This document shows, in pieces, positions 1 through 13,300 of a stretch of 64,000 nt of DNA. The stretch lies in NCBI RefSeq assembly GCF_001447785.1, contig NW_015172017.1:730748-794747 (forward strand), given 5' to 3'. The stretch comes from Gekko japonicus. Lineage: Eukaryota. The notes under the pieces are model-generated. The model had not been told where the DNA came from. It saw only the letters and a program-made list of their open reading frames with translations, and did not search any database. A program made the position numbers and the translations under genes. The stretch's first letter is position 1. Each line of letters opens with the position of its first letter.

Positions 1-912
1 CCCGTTCACTCCCCCCCCAGTCTCTCTCTCTCTCCCCCGTCAAAGCTTGGCCTCGCCGGGCTGTCTCTCCCCCCTCACCAGTCTCTCTTCCCCCTCCCCC
101 CACTCTCTCTCTCTCTCTCTCTCTTTTTCCCCGTGTACCGAGGCCCGCGCGGCTTACATCCGCCGGGCCTCGGCAGTCTCTCTTCCCCTCCCCGACTTTC
201 TTCCCCCTCCTCACTTGGCGGCGGGGTGTCTCTCGGAGCGGCTGTTTCCCCCCCCTTCCGGCTCCGCATCGAGGCTGCCTCGGGCCTCGCTGTTTCCCCG
301 GCCGCCTGCCTGTCCGCCCGGCCTCCTCCAGGTGGCTGTGGCAAGGTCGGCTAAAGAGCGTTCGTGCGCATGCGCACGAACACTCTGGCACTTTCGGGGG
401 GATTTAAACATCCCCCCGATATTTTTTTTTAGTTTTTAGATTTTTGTGCACCCCTGGGGACTGCCCCAGGAGTGCACAGACCTCCCCCTGCCCCCCAAGT
501 GCCCCCGAAGTGCGGATATAGCGATCCGCACGGAGGGGGCAACTTGGCTATTAGATATAGTGATAGATGTTTGTGGTGTCTTCTGTGGACTCGTTTTCCT
601 TTGACTCAGCCTCAGGGATATGGACGCTCATACTTAGCAGTATTTTCTAGCATTTTGCAGCCTTCTGCTTATTGGGCTACTCCACAGGTTTGATCCAACG
701 GGAGACTTTGATTTATGCCACTTCCGGCGGCTTCAGCTCAGAGGTGTGTGGTGGCCTGTCTTGCTGAGTTTAAATTGTTTGGCACCTAAATATTCTCTGT
801 AGATTGCCCTTGTATTATCTATTTAATGCATGCCATCCTGTCAGTGGTGTAATATGATTTGCAAATCTAAACACAATGCCCTTAAAAAAAAAAAATTGGT
901 GCGTGCATCACT

Positions 913-918
913 TTTATT
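913..918 (-). terminator. Candidate CFI polyadenylation signal AATAAA
   Basis: tttatt on + strand, about 250 nt past the stop codon. Confidence 0.55.
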
Positions 919-1170
919 GTAACATGCAAGATGAGTGAAAAAGCAATGATTGGTTTTTTAGAAGGCCAACAGACTTTTCAAAGAACAATGGACATTTCTG
1001 AGAGTCCTTATTGCTAAACTACCAGGGCATGACCCAGTCAGAGGTAACAACTTTTGCATCCGTTGATTTCAGTGGAAGAAACACGCTTAACTTGAGCTGG
1101 AATTATGTCCCTTCTACAGCCGACCTTCCATTATTGCAGCAGAGAAGGAGAAAATCCTCGATTCCAAATG

Positions 1171-1388
1171 TCACACATTAAACCGAGAAACCGCAGCCTT
1201 TCCAGTATGCCGGCTAATCCATTCGAAATAATCTGCTACCTTTGTGTAAACACCGGGGTGTTCTGCTTCACCACAGCGCTCACGGAAACCCACAATACCC
1301 CAAACATAAGCTACATTATTAGAGTCGAAACAAACCAAAGGTCCTCCTGAGTCACCTGCACAGGAATCTACAGAACCATCATATGTAC
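1171..1388 (-). CDS. CFI: CFI exon 13 (catalytic Ser, stop)
   Basis: [20 protein letters not shown]...[15 protein letters not shown]...FNV*. Confidence 0.95.
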
Positions 1389-4300
1389 CTGAGGGAGAAA
1401 AAGCAAAAAAACCACCCCACCTCATTGTTAGATGCATCATTTTGTGGAACTGAAACATGACCATTTTTTGGTAAGTGCTCAGACTGTCGTAAAGCTTGAT
1501 ATTGGGTGCATTGGTGCATTATTCAACTCTAAACTGGGATTTTTCCACGAGAGGCTATAAATAAGGTTAAGAATTCCACCTGGCACAGAACACCCCTACT
1601 TCCTTTGACCAAGAAGCCTGAATCTGGATATCACAGCAAACTGGAGTTTGGTTGAGGACGTTTTGATTCAAGCGTCATATGTGAAGGAAGAGAGGGGCAA
1701 ATGCACAAGCATGTGTTTGTGCCCATTGTGACAAATTTCAGTAAAATCTCAGTTTGACATCTGAATGCAGCAACTGATGACAGGCAACACAATCCAGAAT
1801 ATCCAGAAAGGCCCAAGTGTATATATAGATACCTTGTTCATACAAGGTGTTACTTAGTGATAATGGATGTTGCTTCCAGTTAACATTTCACACACTGGGT
1901 GCATTCAGATGGGGCGTTTCAGCCAGCATAACCTGTACCGGTTGGAACCGGTGCAGTTTATGCCGGCTGAAACGCGATCAAACTTAACTCCTGTCTGCGG
2001 AGCCCATCGCTGTATGCCCGTTCACATGCAGTGGGCATCGGCGGTTTTTTTTTTTTTAAAGCACTCAGTTTGAGCATGCGCATAGGCAGCCATCCACAGA
2101 ATGGCGATCTTCACGCATGCGCAAAACACCCCGTCTTACATTTAAAGTTTAATGGTAAGGACTTACCTTTAAAGTTTGAAGACCAAACTGGCCTCCCTGA
2201 GGTCTCAGAGTCCTCCAAAACCTTAAACTAAGGACCTTTTCTTTTTTTTTTTAAACAAACGCCGGGGCGAAGCTTCGCTCAAGCGTATATCGCCGACCTA
2301 AAAAAAAAAGGCGGGCAAAAACCGGAAGCCTCGGGCTTCCGAACGGAAGTGGCTCTACAACGTTGGAGAGCGATCAGATGGGGGTAAAGCGATTACAACC
2401 GTTGCACTCAGGATACCACCACTTGGGGACCTAGTGGCAGAATACAACGGTGTAAAGCTCTTTGCAACGGTTAGGAACGGAAGGCAGATGTTCGCCGTGT
2501 GAACGCCGGTAAGTACACCGATTCTAACCGGCACCTATACCGTTGCAAATGCCCCGTCTGAACGCACCCAAAGTCTTATAGAAGTTTATAGAGTTATTGT
2601 AAAAGTTCTATATGTTGTATTTAAAAAAATCAAACAAAAAGCAAGAGACTGAATTCTTGTTAACTTAGAGAATTGCCTATGGGCAAACCTACTCCCTATG
2701 CTATTCATTATTTGCCTCTCTGCCCAATAACTGGCCAAGAGCTTTGTGACTGCAGAGGAAGTTATGCTGTTCCCAGCAGATGGGGAGGTATTTGAACATT
2801 TTGCTACATCGGTGGCCGCTCTAGATGGCTAGACTGTTATCACCGTAGGGGGTGCAATTTGGATTTACTGGGTTGGATCCAGTACAAAATTTCCACTTGT
2901 TCTAGAGATCCTGAATGAGAAGAAATGCAAGGAAAAACCCAAGGTAGCCACTTGTGCTGCCAGATTTCTTGTATCCCCACTACCCCCACGGTAGTCCCAC
3001 TGTGCTAAGTCCATTTATATTTCTGCTTGTGTGCACAGCTGGATCTAAGGTACCGAAACAAATCAGCCTAAATCGTCTTGGCTCACGGGTACGTGCCAGG
3101 GTGGGCACCGAAGTTACATGAATCACACTCACCTGCACATTCCATGCCTTTAAAATAACGATCCTTGTAGATTTCAGAGCAGTTGGACATTAAGTTAACA
3201 TAGCCCCATTGAAGTGTAAATTGTCTTTGATTACCTAAAAGAGGAATAAAAGAGCAAAAAAAAAAAAGAGTTTAGAAATTGTTCAGAATTCAGTAAAAAC
3301 AAGCTGGGGACCCATGCGATTGGTGTGGTGGCCCAGAACAGGAGCAGACTCCCAAGGCCTGTGAAAAGTACGCAACCAGAGAGTGATTTCAGCAAAGCGT
3401 ACTTTATTCTATCAGGAACAAGATGACTTTGGCTGGCTCGAAGGCCGGCTTATATCCCCCGAGAAACCGCCACCCAAAACACACACACCCCACTTCCCAA
3501 TAGGTTATTTACAGTGGCCGAGAGTCCCATAGGCTCTGGGCCGGGAACCTAGCCCCCTGATTGGAGCGGGGTAGGATCCGTATAGTCCATTGTCTCTTGG
3601 AACGAAGCTCGACGTTTGTCTCTGGACTTGTCTGGACTGGGTACATTACAGCCTGCCTGTCAAAAGAGCTACTTCCTCAGCCTGACAGGACAACTACTCC
3701 ACCTGAACGAGAAGAGCAGTCCCTATCCCAGTCTCTAGTCTCTTCCACATGGAGGTTGTGCCTGCATTCCCTCCAAACTGGAGTGGGGTGTGTGTGTATG
3801 TGCTTTGTCATGCTTCCCCCCCCCCCCAACCTGCTATGGTGCTATCCTTCCAGGAAGATCATGCTGAAAATAGGTTTGGGGGATCTCAGTGTTCCCTCTA
3901 AGCTGAGTGAGTGTGAGCTAGCTCACAGGTTTTTTAGCCTCCGGCTCACAGATTTTTGCCTTCGCTCAGGAAGGGATGGCTCCAGAGCAAACGAGCTTAT
4001 GCAGTAGCCAAATCGCACTCTCACAACGTTAATGCCAGTAGCTCACAGAGTAGAATTTTTGCTCACAAGACTCCACAGCTTAGAGGGAGCATCGTTTGGG
4101 ATCTGTGTAGACGGGGAGGGGTGGATTTCTGCACCTCTCCACCCTCCTCCAGTTTAATTGCCTCTCCATTTCCATTGCCCCTGCCATTCTGCGTTCTCAC
4201 CCCCCACCTACTACCAGTTTTTAAAAAATGGTAACAACATTACTGCCGGGTAGGGTTGCCAAGTCCCGCTGCCAACTGGCAGGGGATGGGGGGGGACTTA

Positions 4301-7300
4301 TCAGGAGAAACGGGAAGGCCTAGGTAAGCCACATTGCTGGCATTGCACAGGAAGTGATGCTATCAGGCTGTTGACAGCACTGTGTTGACCAATGCCCCCT
4401 CTAAGCTGTGGGGTCCTGTGAGCAAAAATCCCACTTTGTGAGCCGCTGGCATTAAAGGTGGGAGCGAGCGGTTTGGCTGCCGCATCAATGAGTTGGCTCT
4501 GGAGCCATCCCTTCCTGAGCTAGGACAAAAATCTGTGAGCTGGAGGCTAAAAAACTGTGAGCTCGCTCACACTGACTCAGCTTAGAGGGAACACTACATG
4601 ACACTCTGGTATTTGGGCAAATAACGCTGTAGTAAAAACAGGTTCTAGGTAAAAGGTAAAGGTTTCCCTTGCTCGAAAGCCAGCCAAGTCCAACTCTAGG
4701 GTTGCGGTGCTCATCTCTGTTTCAAAGCCTGAGAGCCAGCGCTGTCCGAAGACGTTTCCGTGGTCATGTGGCTGGCATGACTAAACACCAAGGCGCATGG
4801 AACGCTGTTACCTTCCCACCGAAGTGGTACCTATTTATCTACTTGCAATTTCTTGCTTTCGAACTGCTAGGTTGGCAGGACAGTTTCTACCATAGAATTT
4901 TTGCCCAAATACCAGTGTCGCCCAGATGTCTCTGGTGTGTTGATACCACTTCCTGCGTAATGCTGTCCACGCGGCCTGGGCCTTCCTCTCTCTCCTGGTA
5001 AGCCCCTGCTGGCCAGCTGATCAGCAGCTGTGGGTTCCTGCCTGGTGGTGGAGGACCTCTGCCTCCACTGAGTACAGATGCCAGCCTCCAGGTGGGACCT
5101 GGGGATCCCCCGGAATCCCAGCTCATCTCCAAACTACAGAGATCAGTTCCTCTGAGAAAAATGGATGCTTTGGAGGGTGGACTCTGCGGCATTGTGCCCC
5201 ACTGAGGTCCCTGCCCTCCCCAGGCTCCACCCCCAGATCTCCAAGAGTTCCCCAACTTGGAGCTTGCAAAGCTACCCCCCATCCCCCGCCGGGGACCAGA
5301 ATTGGCTACATCTGGTTGGAGGTGCCCCTTCCCAAAAAAGGAGATGCAGGCTGCTTATATATCCATTTACAACCACACCCATTACACACACACACACACC
5401 TGTGATAGGGAGTTACAATCTTATAGGTTCTTCGTAGAATCCCTACTCCGTAGAATCCTAAAAGGAATCAACCCTGACTGTTCCCTGGAAGGCCAGATAA
5501 TGAAACTGAAGCTCAAATACTTTGGCCACCCAATGAGAAGGGAGCCCTCACTGGAGAATAAGACCCTGGTACTGGGGAAGACTAAAGGTCAAAGAAGACG
5601 GGGACGGCAAAGGATGAGATGGTTAGACAGTGTCATAGATGCAACGAACATGAAATTGGGCCAACTTCAGAGGACGGCGGAAGACAGGAAGGCCTGGCGT
5701 AATCTGGTCCATGGGGTCGCGAAGAGTCGGACTCGACTGTGCGACTGAACAACAACAAAATGGGCAATAAACATGAATAAGGAAGTTTTGATTGAAACCT
5801 GGGAATATTTGTGGAAAAACTCTATTAAGATATCGCCCTGTACTAATATTAGAGAGAATTGCTATAAAATGATGTATAGGTGGTACATGACTCCGAAAAA
5901 AATTGCAAATATGAACCAGAATATGTCAAACAAATGTTGGAAATGTAAGAGTCATGAGGGCTCATTTTACCATATGTGGTGGACTTGCGAGAAAGCTGTA
6001 GACTTTTGGACAAAAGTCCACAAAGTAGACAATGGAAAGGATGAAATGGTTTAATTTTAAATGTTGAATTCCTAAGAAAATAAAATTTGTTTACCTAAAA
6101 AAAAAAAAGAAGTTCTCCGTAGAATCCCTACTCGCCGGTTGGCTGGTTTTAGGATCCTAGGACTCCTTGTCCCTGGTAGCGAAGCTTCGCTAGTTGGTCT
6201 GGCCACGTGGCGCCCCGACCGCATGTGCGGTTCCGCTAGTACACAACACCAAATATCTCAGCTGTTAGTCCTGCTGGAAGTTTGAAGCTGCTGAGGCTGA
6301 TTACATATTGGAGATTCGCGTCCGTTCTCGTATTGAATTGTTATTGTTCCCGGTGCATGTGAGTAAAAGCATGGAAACCACAGCAACTTAAAGGGAACAC
6401 CAGGATGAAGGATGGACTTTGATATGTTGTAATCAAACATCCGGACACAACATCGCATTATTTCATTAGTTCTCCATCATTCTGTGGATTTTTCTGTTGT
6501 AGTGTATTATCACACAAGTTCTTCATTGCTTCCGTCTTGTGTCTTTTCTTATGTGGCTACTTTGTATGCGCTACTTTCTGTCACATGTTCTTTAGCATTT
6601 TGGCAAATTGTAAGTAGTTAAGACGCTGCAGGCTGTGGAAGGTCGGTCATTCAGCAGTTCGAGACCCGAGTGCGCCGCATGACGGAGTGAGCTCCCGTCT
6701 CTAGTTCCAGCTCCTGCCAACCTCGCAGTTCGAAAGCAAGAAATTGCAAGTAGATAAATAGGTACCTCTTCGGTGGGAAGGTAACAGCGTTCCGTGCGCC
6801 TCGGTGTTTAGTCATGCCGGCCACATGACCACGGAAACGTCTTCGGACAGCGCTGGCTCTTTGGCTTTGAAACAGAGATGAGCACCGCAACCCTAGAGTC
6901 GGACTCGACTGGCTTTCGAGCAAGGGAACCTTTACCTTTACCTTTTAAGTAGTGAGTCTGTTTACTACACTTGTTTTTGCCTTCTGTTATTGGATTATTA
7001 CACAAGAGTGTCATGAACGTCGTTGAATGCGCCCTGTGGAGCTGCCAATTTCTCCGGGAGGAACTGCTCTCTGTAGCCCGGAGACCAGCTGCCATTCCAG
7101 GAGAACCTTGGCTCATTCTAGCTTGGCAGGGTTACAGGCCAGCTGCAATGGATGAAGTCATAATTCCATTACTCTGTCATAAAATTCTAATTACCTTCTG
7201 CCCGTCCCCAGCCGGACACTTTGCACTGGTGGCCTGCTCTGAACATATAAGGGGACCAGGGGATGCAGGCGGCCACCGTGTTGGGTCGAGAACACATCTG

Positions 7301-10300
7301 CCTTGGATACTTGTCATTCATTTCCAGCAGAGCAATATCGTTTTCATATGTTTGGGGATTATAGTCCTCGTGGATGATCACTCTTTTTAAAGAAAAGGTT
7401 TCAATCCTATGGCTCCAAATTAACATATTTAACAAGCCAGTCCATATCACAGAGGCACGAACATCGCTTTCTCTGAAAAAGAAAACAAATACAAATATAA
7501 AACCTTAGCCTGTAGATATTCAGTACATGAATTAATCAGTCAAAGGGGTTATATAATTATTCACCCCACCCCGGTGTGCGCATCACCAGGAAGTGACGTT
7601 ATGACACCAGACACGCTGGGGGCAGGGCCAAGACCATCCGAGGGGAAACTGTGGTTTCCCCTTGGATGGTCGTGACCCCGCCCCCAGCGTGCCCGGTGTC
7701 ATAACGTCACTTCCTGGTGACATGCGTGCAGCACGCTTCACGCACGTGCGCTCCAGGATCCACCCGGGAGTCCCCCGCTACGGAGATAAGCTAGACTTGG
7801 CAACCCTACAGCCTCCAGGTGGTGCCTGGAGATCTCCGACTATTACAGTTCATCTCCAGATGACCAAGATCAATTCCCCTGGAGAAAATGACTGCCTCGG
7901 GCGGTGGAGTCTATTGAATCACACCCTGCAGAAGCACCTCCCCTCCCCAAGCCCCGCCTCCCCCAGGCTCCGCCCCCAAAATCTCCAGGTATTTTCCAAC
8001 CCAGAGCTGACAACCCTACCTTCCAGCGATGATCCTGCTTTATACCCCCTCTGGTGGTCATGGTGGCTCTTTCAAGAGCATGCCCCATGAGCCTTTGCGA
8101 AACAGGCAATTCACACAAGCCCATGTATACATCCGCTATCTGCATGTCTGGTCTAAGGTCTCTCTAAGTACTTGCAGTTTACTAATTAGTACTAGGCCCA
8201 AAGCCCCTTTTTCCCAGTACAGGCTTGCACGGCAGTTGAGACGCAATGAGAATATTTGAAGCCAGACTAGCATGGGTCAGAACGAAGCTAGCAAAGAATC
8301 ATGGGCCCCGGTCAGACGTGCCGTCAAACACGCGGGGGGGGGGGGGCATGGCTATTTGCGCCGTCGCAGTCTGATGCGCCATTATGTGATCAGATGCGAC
8401 GGTGGCTTCCCCGCAGCAAAGAGGACGACGGGGGAGGAAGCCGCGCACCGGCGCAATCACACGTTGGGAGGTTCCCATACGCAGCCCGTGGCAAAGCATT
8501 TGCCACTACATACGGTGAGGTTTTTTTTTACCACACGGCTTTGGCGGCTTGCCATGGGTTCACCACGGGAGTGCTATGCCTCCCAGATGTTTAGTAGTTT
8601 TCCCCTCAGATGGCTGTGGCCCCGCCCCCAGCGTGCCTGGCGTCATCACGTCACCTCCGGCTGACGTGCACGCCAGGGTGGGGTTTCCCCCGGGGCCCGA
8701 TTCCGCGGTGGCGGAAATTGGGCCTCCAAAGCGGGGGGGGGGGAATCCGCCCTCCAGGGGGACTTGGCAGCCCTATGTAACTCTCTGAGTTGCTAGGCAC
8801 GTGACATCCTGAGATGAACAAGAGCAAAAGGGGGAGAAGCGAAACCACACTGCAGCTAGGCCCGGCCCACCCCCACACAAGTGTTGGTAGCTCAATTGCT
8901 TGGAATGTGCTAACTGGGAGCTCCAAGGGCAGTGAGTACTATCCAGTGTTCCCTCTAAGCTGAGTTAGTGTGAGCTAGCTCACAGTTTTTTAGCCTCCAG
9001 CTCACACATTTTTGTCTTAGCTCAGGAAGGATGGCTCCAGAGCAAACTAATTTATGCAGTAGCCAAGTTGCTTGCTCACAACTTTAATGTCAGTAGCTCA
9101 CAAAGTAGAGTTTTTGCTCACAAGACTCCACAGCTTAGAGGGAACATTGGCTACCATCCTCAGCCGAAAACAACTTAGCAAGGTCACAGCGCTCTATCTG
9201 CTATCTCTAACCATCTCTTGGAAAGTTTCTATAGGCCTCTAAACAGCCTGAACCAAAGATTTTACTTTATAGAACAGAGCAAGGAGCCATTTTTCTTTAC
9301 ACATACTATGACTCCAAGCATTCTTTGGGGGAAACCATGCCCATCAAAGCAATACACAGCTGATATAAACTACTAAAATATAACTTTGTTCAATCCTTTG
9401 CTCCAAGGCAAGGCTATACTGTAATCTAGCTAGAACAAATTTGATGCCTGAAAACCCCCAAAGTCACTTACCTAACACAGTGTGCAGCAGTGAGAATCCA
9501 ACAGCCCCCAATATAAATCCCTCCACAGGTCACATGAGATCCAGGACGTATAATTGCCACCTGCCAAGGAATTTCACCCTGCACAAAAGACAGAAAGGTT
9601 AAATTGTATCTCTTGCTGTGTACGGATTATGCTTTTTTAAATTATCTCCCTACTGTTTTGCTGTGGCTCAGTGGTAGAGCATCTGCTTGACATGGAGAAG
9701 GCCCCAGTTTCAATCTCCAATGTCTCCAGTTAAAAGAGTCTGGCAGGAGATGATGTGAAAGACCCCCTACCTGAGACCAGATAATACTGATTTTGATGGA
9801 CCAAGTGTAAAATTCAGTATAAGGCAGTTTCATGGGGCCATGTGTGACTACAATCCTTCATGTATTGCCCAGACTTCAGCACTTCCTTAACTATTTCCTT
9901 AACTTTAGGTGCAAAGTTCTGCATTCTGAGGGTGCGTTCAGACGGGGCGTTTCAGCCGGCATAAACTGCACCGGCTCCAACCGGTGCAATTTATGCCGGC
10001 TGAAACGCGACCACACTTACCACCTGTCTGCGGAGCCCATCGCTTTATGCCCATTCACACACAGCGGGCGTTGGCTTTTTTTAAAACTTAGTTTGCGCAT
10101 GCACATAGGCAGGCATCCACAGAATGGCGATCTTCGCACATGCGCAAAACACCCCATCCAGAAAAGCATGCCCTGAAGAGAGGACTTACCTTTAAAGTTT
10201 AAAGAGCAAACTGGCCTCCCTGAGGTCCCGGACTCCTTTAAAACCTTAAACTAAGGACCTTTTCTTTTTTAAAAAAACGCCGGGGCGAAGCTTCGCCCAA

Positions 10301-13300
10301 GCGCATATCGCCGACCTAACAAAAAAAATGGGGGGCGAAAATCGGAAGCCTCGGACTTCCGAACGGAAGTGGCTCTACAACAGTGGAGAGCGATCAGACG
10401 GGGGTAAAGCGATTACAACCGTTGCACTCAGGATACCACCACTTGGGGACCTAGTGGCAGAATACAACGGTTTAAAGCTCTTTGCAACGGTTAGGGACAG
10501 AAGGCAGATGTTCTACGTGTGAACGCCGGTAAGTACACCAATTCCAACCGGCACCTATACCGTTGTAAATGCCTTGTCGGAACGCACCCTGAGGGTGTTT
10601 GAACACACAACATATAAAATTGCCCTTTACTCTTAAGGAAAGATCCAGGTTGGGGAACTCCTGGAGATTTGGGGGTGGAGCCTGGGGAGGACAGGGACCT
10701 CAGTGGGGTACAAGGCCATACTGTCTACCCCCCGAAACATCTATTTTCTCCAAGGGAGCTGCTGATCTCTGTAGTCTGGAGATGAGCTGTAATTCTGGGG
10801 GATCCCGCGCAAATTTGCTCTGGAACCAGGGGTCATTTTGTAGAAAAAGAGGTGCAGGAGCTCATTAGCATAACTCATTAGCATGACTTATTTGAATATG
10901 CCACACCCCCTGACATCACCGGAAGTGTGTCAGAAGGCAACACCCACCGCTCAGGCGCCACCCCAAAAATCTCCAGGTATTTCCCAACTCAGAGCTGGCG
11001 AGCCTACTTGGAGAAAAACTGCTTCGAAATTGCCTCAAAACGACCCCTGAAAAGCCACCAGAGCAAATCTGGAAATGGAGAGCTCGGTTACTCTTAGGAT
11101 TCCCTTGTAAGGCTACATTTTTGCCCCTGCCTTTACTCCAAGGAACTCTGAGTGGCATACACGGTCCTCTGTTCTCCTCCACAACTATGTGAAGCAGGTT
11201 AGACTGAGAGTGTGTCATTTTGGAGGTGCAGCCATGTTGGTCTATGGCAGCAGAACAAAAGAGAAGTCCAAGGACATTCGTTCCAGCATGAGGTTTGTGG
11301 AGTCAGCACTCATTTCTTCAGATGCTAAGAAGCTCAAGGTCATCCACTGAGTTTCTCTCCCATACGAAGCAGGAACAGGAAGCAGGAGGGAGGGGTTGAG
11401 GGAACTGGGCAAAAGGAGCTGCNNNNNNNNNNNNNNNNNNNNNNNNNNNNNNNNNNNNNNNNNNNNNNNNNNNNNNNNNNNNNNNNNNNNCTGCTCATTA
11501 CCCCTCAAAATGACCCCTGTTTGGAACCATCCTTCCTGAGCTAAGACAAAAATTTGTGAGTCAGAAGTAGGGTTGCCAAGTCTGGGTTGGAAAATACCTG
11601 GAGACTTTGGGGGTGGAGCCAGGAGAGGGCGTGGTTTGGGGAGGGGAGGGGCCTCAGCATAGTACAATGCCACAGAGTCCACCCCTTCAAAGCAGCCATT
11701 TTCTCCAGGGGAGTTGATCTCTTTCGGCTGGGGATCAGTTGTAAAAGCGGGAGATCCCCAGGCCCCACCTGGAGGCTGGCAACCCTAGCCAGAAGCTAAA
11801 AATCTGTGAGCTAGCTCACACTAACTCAGAGGGAACACTGATCCCGCGGTCCCACCCGGAAGCTGGCATCCCTAGACCACAGATGTCCAACGTCTTGCCT
11901 AATTGTAGAACTTACAGCCAATAGATCATGGAGCGGATAAAAGAAACTGCCATCCTTTCATTCCCCCCCCAGCATAGAAAAATCAAGATTTCACTCAATC
12001 ACCTGCTCCGTGAATAGTAAAGGCCTTTCAAAACCAGGTTTCATTCTGTGCAATAACTCTGGACTCTGTCTGTACAGTCCTCCTCCCTTTGGGGGGGGAG
12101 GTGGGAATTGAGAAAGAAGAAAAATACGGGAACATTGGAAGTCATGGGTTAATAATTAACTCCTACTTTCCTTCCATTTATTTTATTCAGAGTTTTGTCC
12201 TGGATAATTATAACCACAGATGCAGCTCCTAACATTACTACAGAATTTATTAGAAGGCATTGCTGTAATGAAGCTTGCACCGTTATACAAATTAGTGACT
12301 GGTAACTTCACCTCTCGCGCGGGATGGCCCCCGATGATTCGCTTCCGGCGAGTAACGGTGTGGCTTGGAATACCACAGTGTATTTGGGGTAAAAATGTTT
12401 TGATCTTTCTTCTTTCTTTAATAAAACAGATAAGTGGTGTCATAATTATATTTATTAAAAAAAATCACAGCATTGCGATTTGATTTCTGTGACTTCCTAG
12501 TTATTTCAATTGATGTCGGTTATAAGCATGACTTATAAAAAGCAAAAACTGTACTTTGCGAGTTGTGAGCGAGCGATTTGGCTACTGCCTAAATTAGTTT
12601 GCTCTGGAGCCATCCCTTCCTGAGCTGAGACAAAAAATGTGTGAGCTGGAGCCTGAAAAACTGTGAGCTAGCTCACACTAACTCAGCTTAGAGGGAACAC
12701 TGGTCGGGGGGCGTTGGCGGTAAGTCAGGGGGCTGGGCCCCGAGATGCCCCACTGTAGCTATGGGCCTGAACTCCCTCCTCGTTTTAGATGCAAAGAGGC
12801 AGACACATGGATAACTATTTGGGGGTCCCTCCGTCACGTCTAATTGGGCCCTTAGAAGTTACTCCCGTTGAACAAAACAGATTTTACTTTTGACTAAAAA
12901 TACACAGTATGGGGCTATTAGTCTTTCCGAAAGCAGTCAGGGCGAGTTGTAGGACCCTGTGAGAGACATGACTCTTATGATAAAGCACTCTCAGGTTACC
13001 TGCGTCCATGGATTCCTCCTCAGTTTCTTCTGCTCTTTCTGTAGTTAAAAAACAAGTATATACAGCTAGTGTAAATTCTCATCAGTAAAAAAGGAAGGGC
13101 TCTTTTATAAAGGGAACAGGTTTGCAGCCTGTTCCACTGTTTATTGTATATATTTCCTTATGGCACTGGTTTCATTTTCTTTTGCACTGTCTATGATGTG
13201 TCCTATCTGATAACTTGGGAGGGGCATCATTTCTAATATTTGTGATCCTAGTCCCATTGCATTACTTGTTGGAGGCCATCATGCTATTTGATTACATTGT

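Noticed and set aside
47-693. GC/CT-rich ORFs at the window start
   Set aside because: Low-complexity repeat-like sequence, overlapping ORFs in many frames, no recognisable protein.
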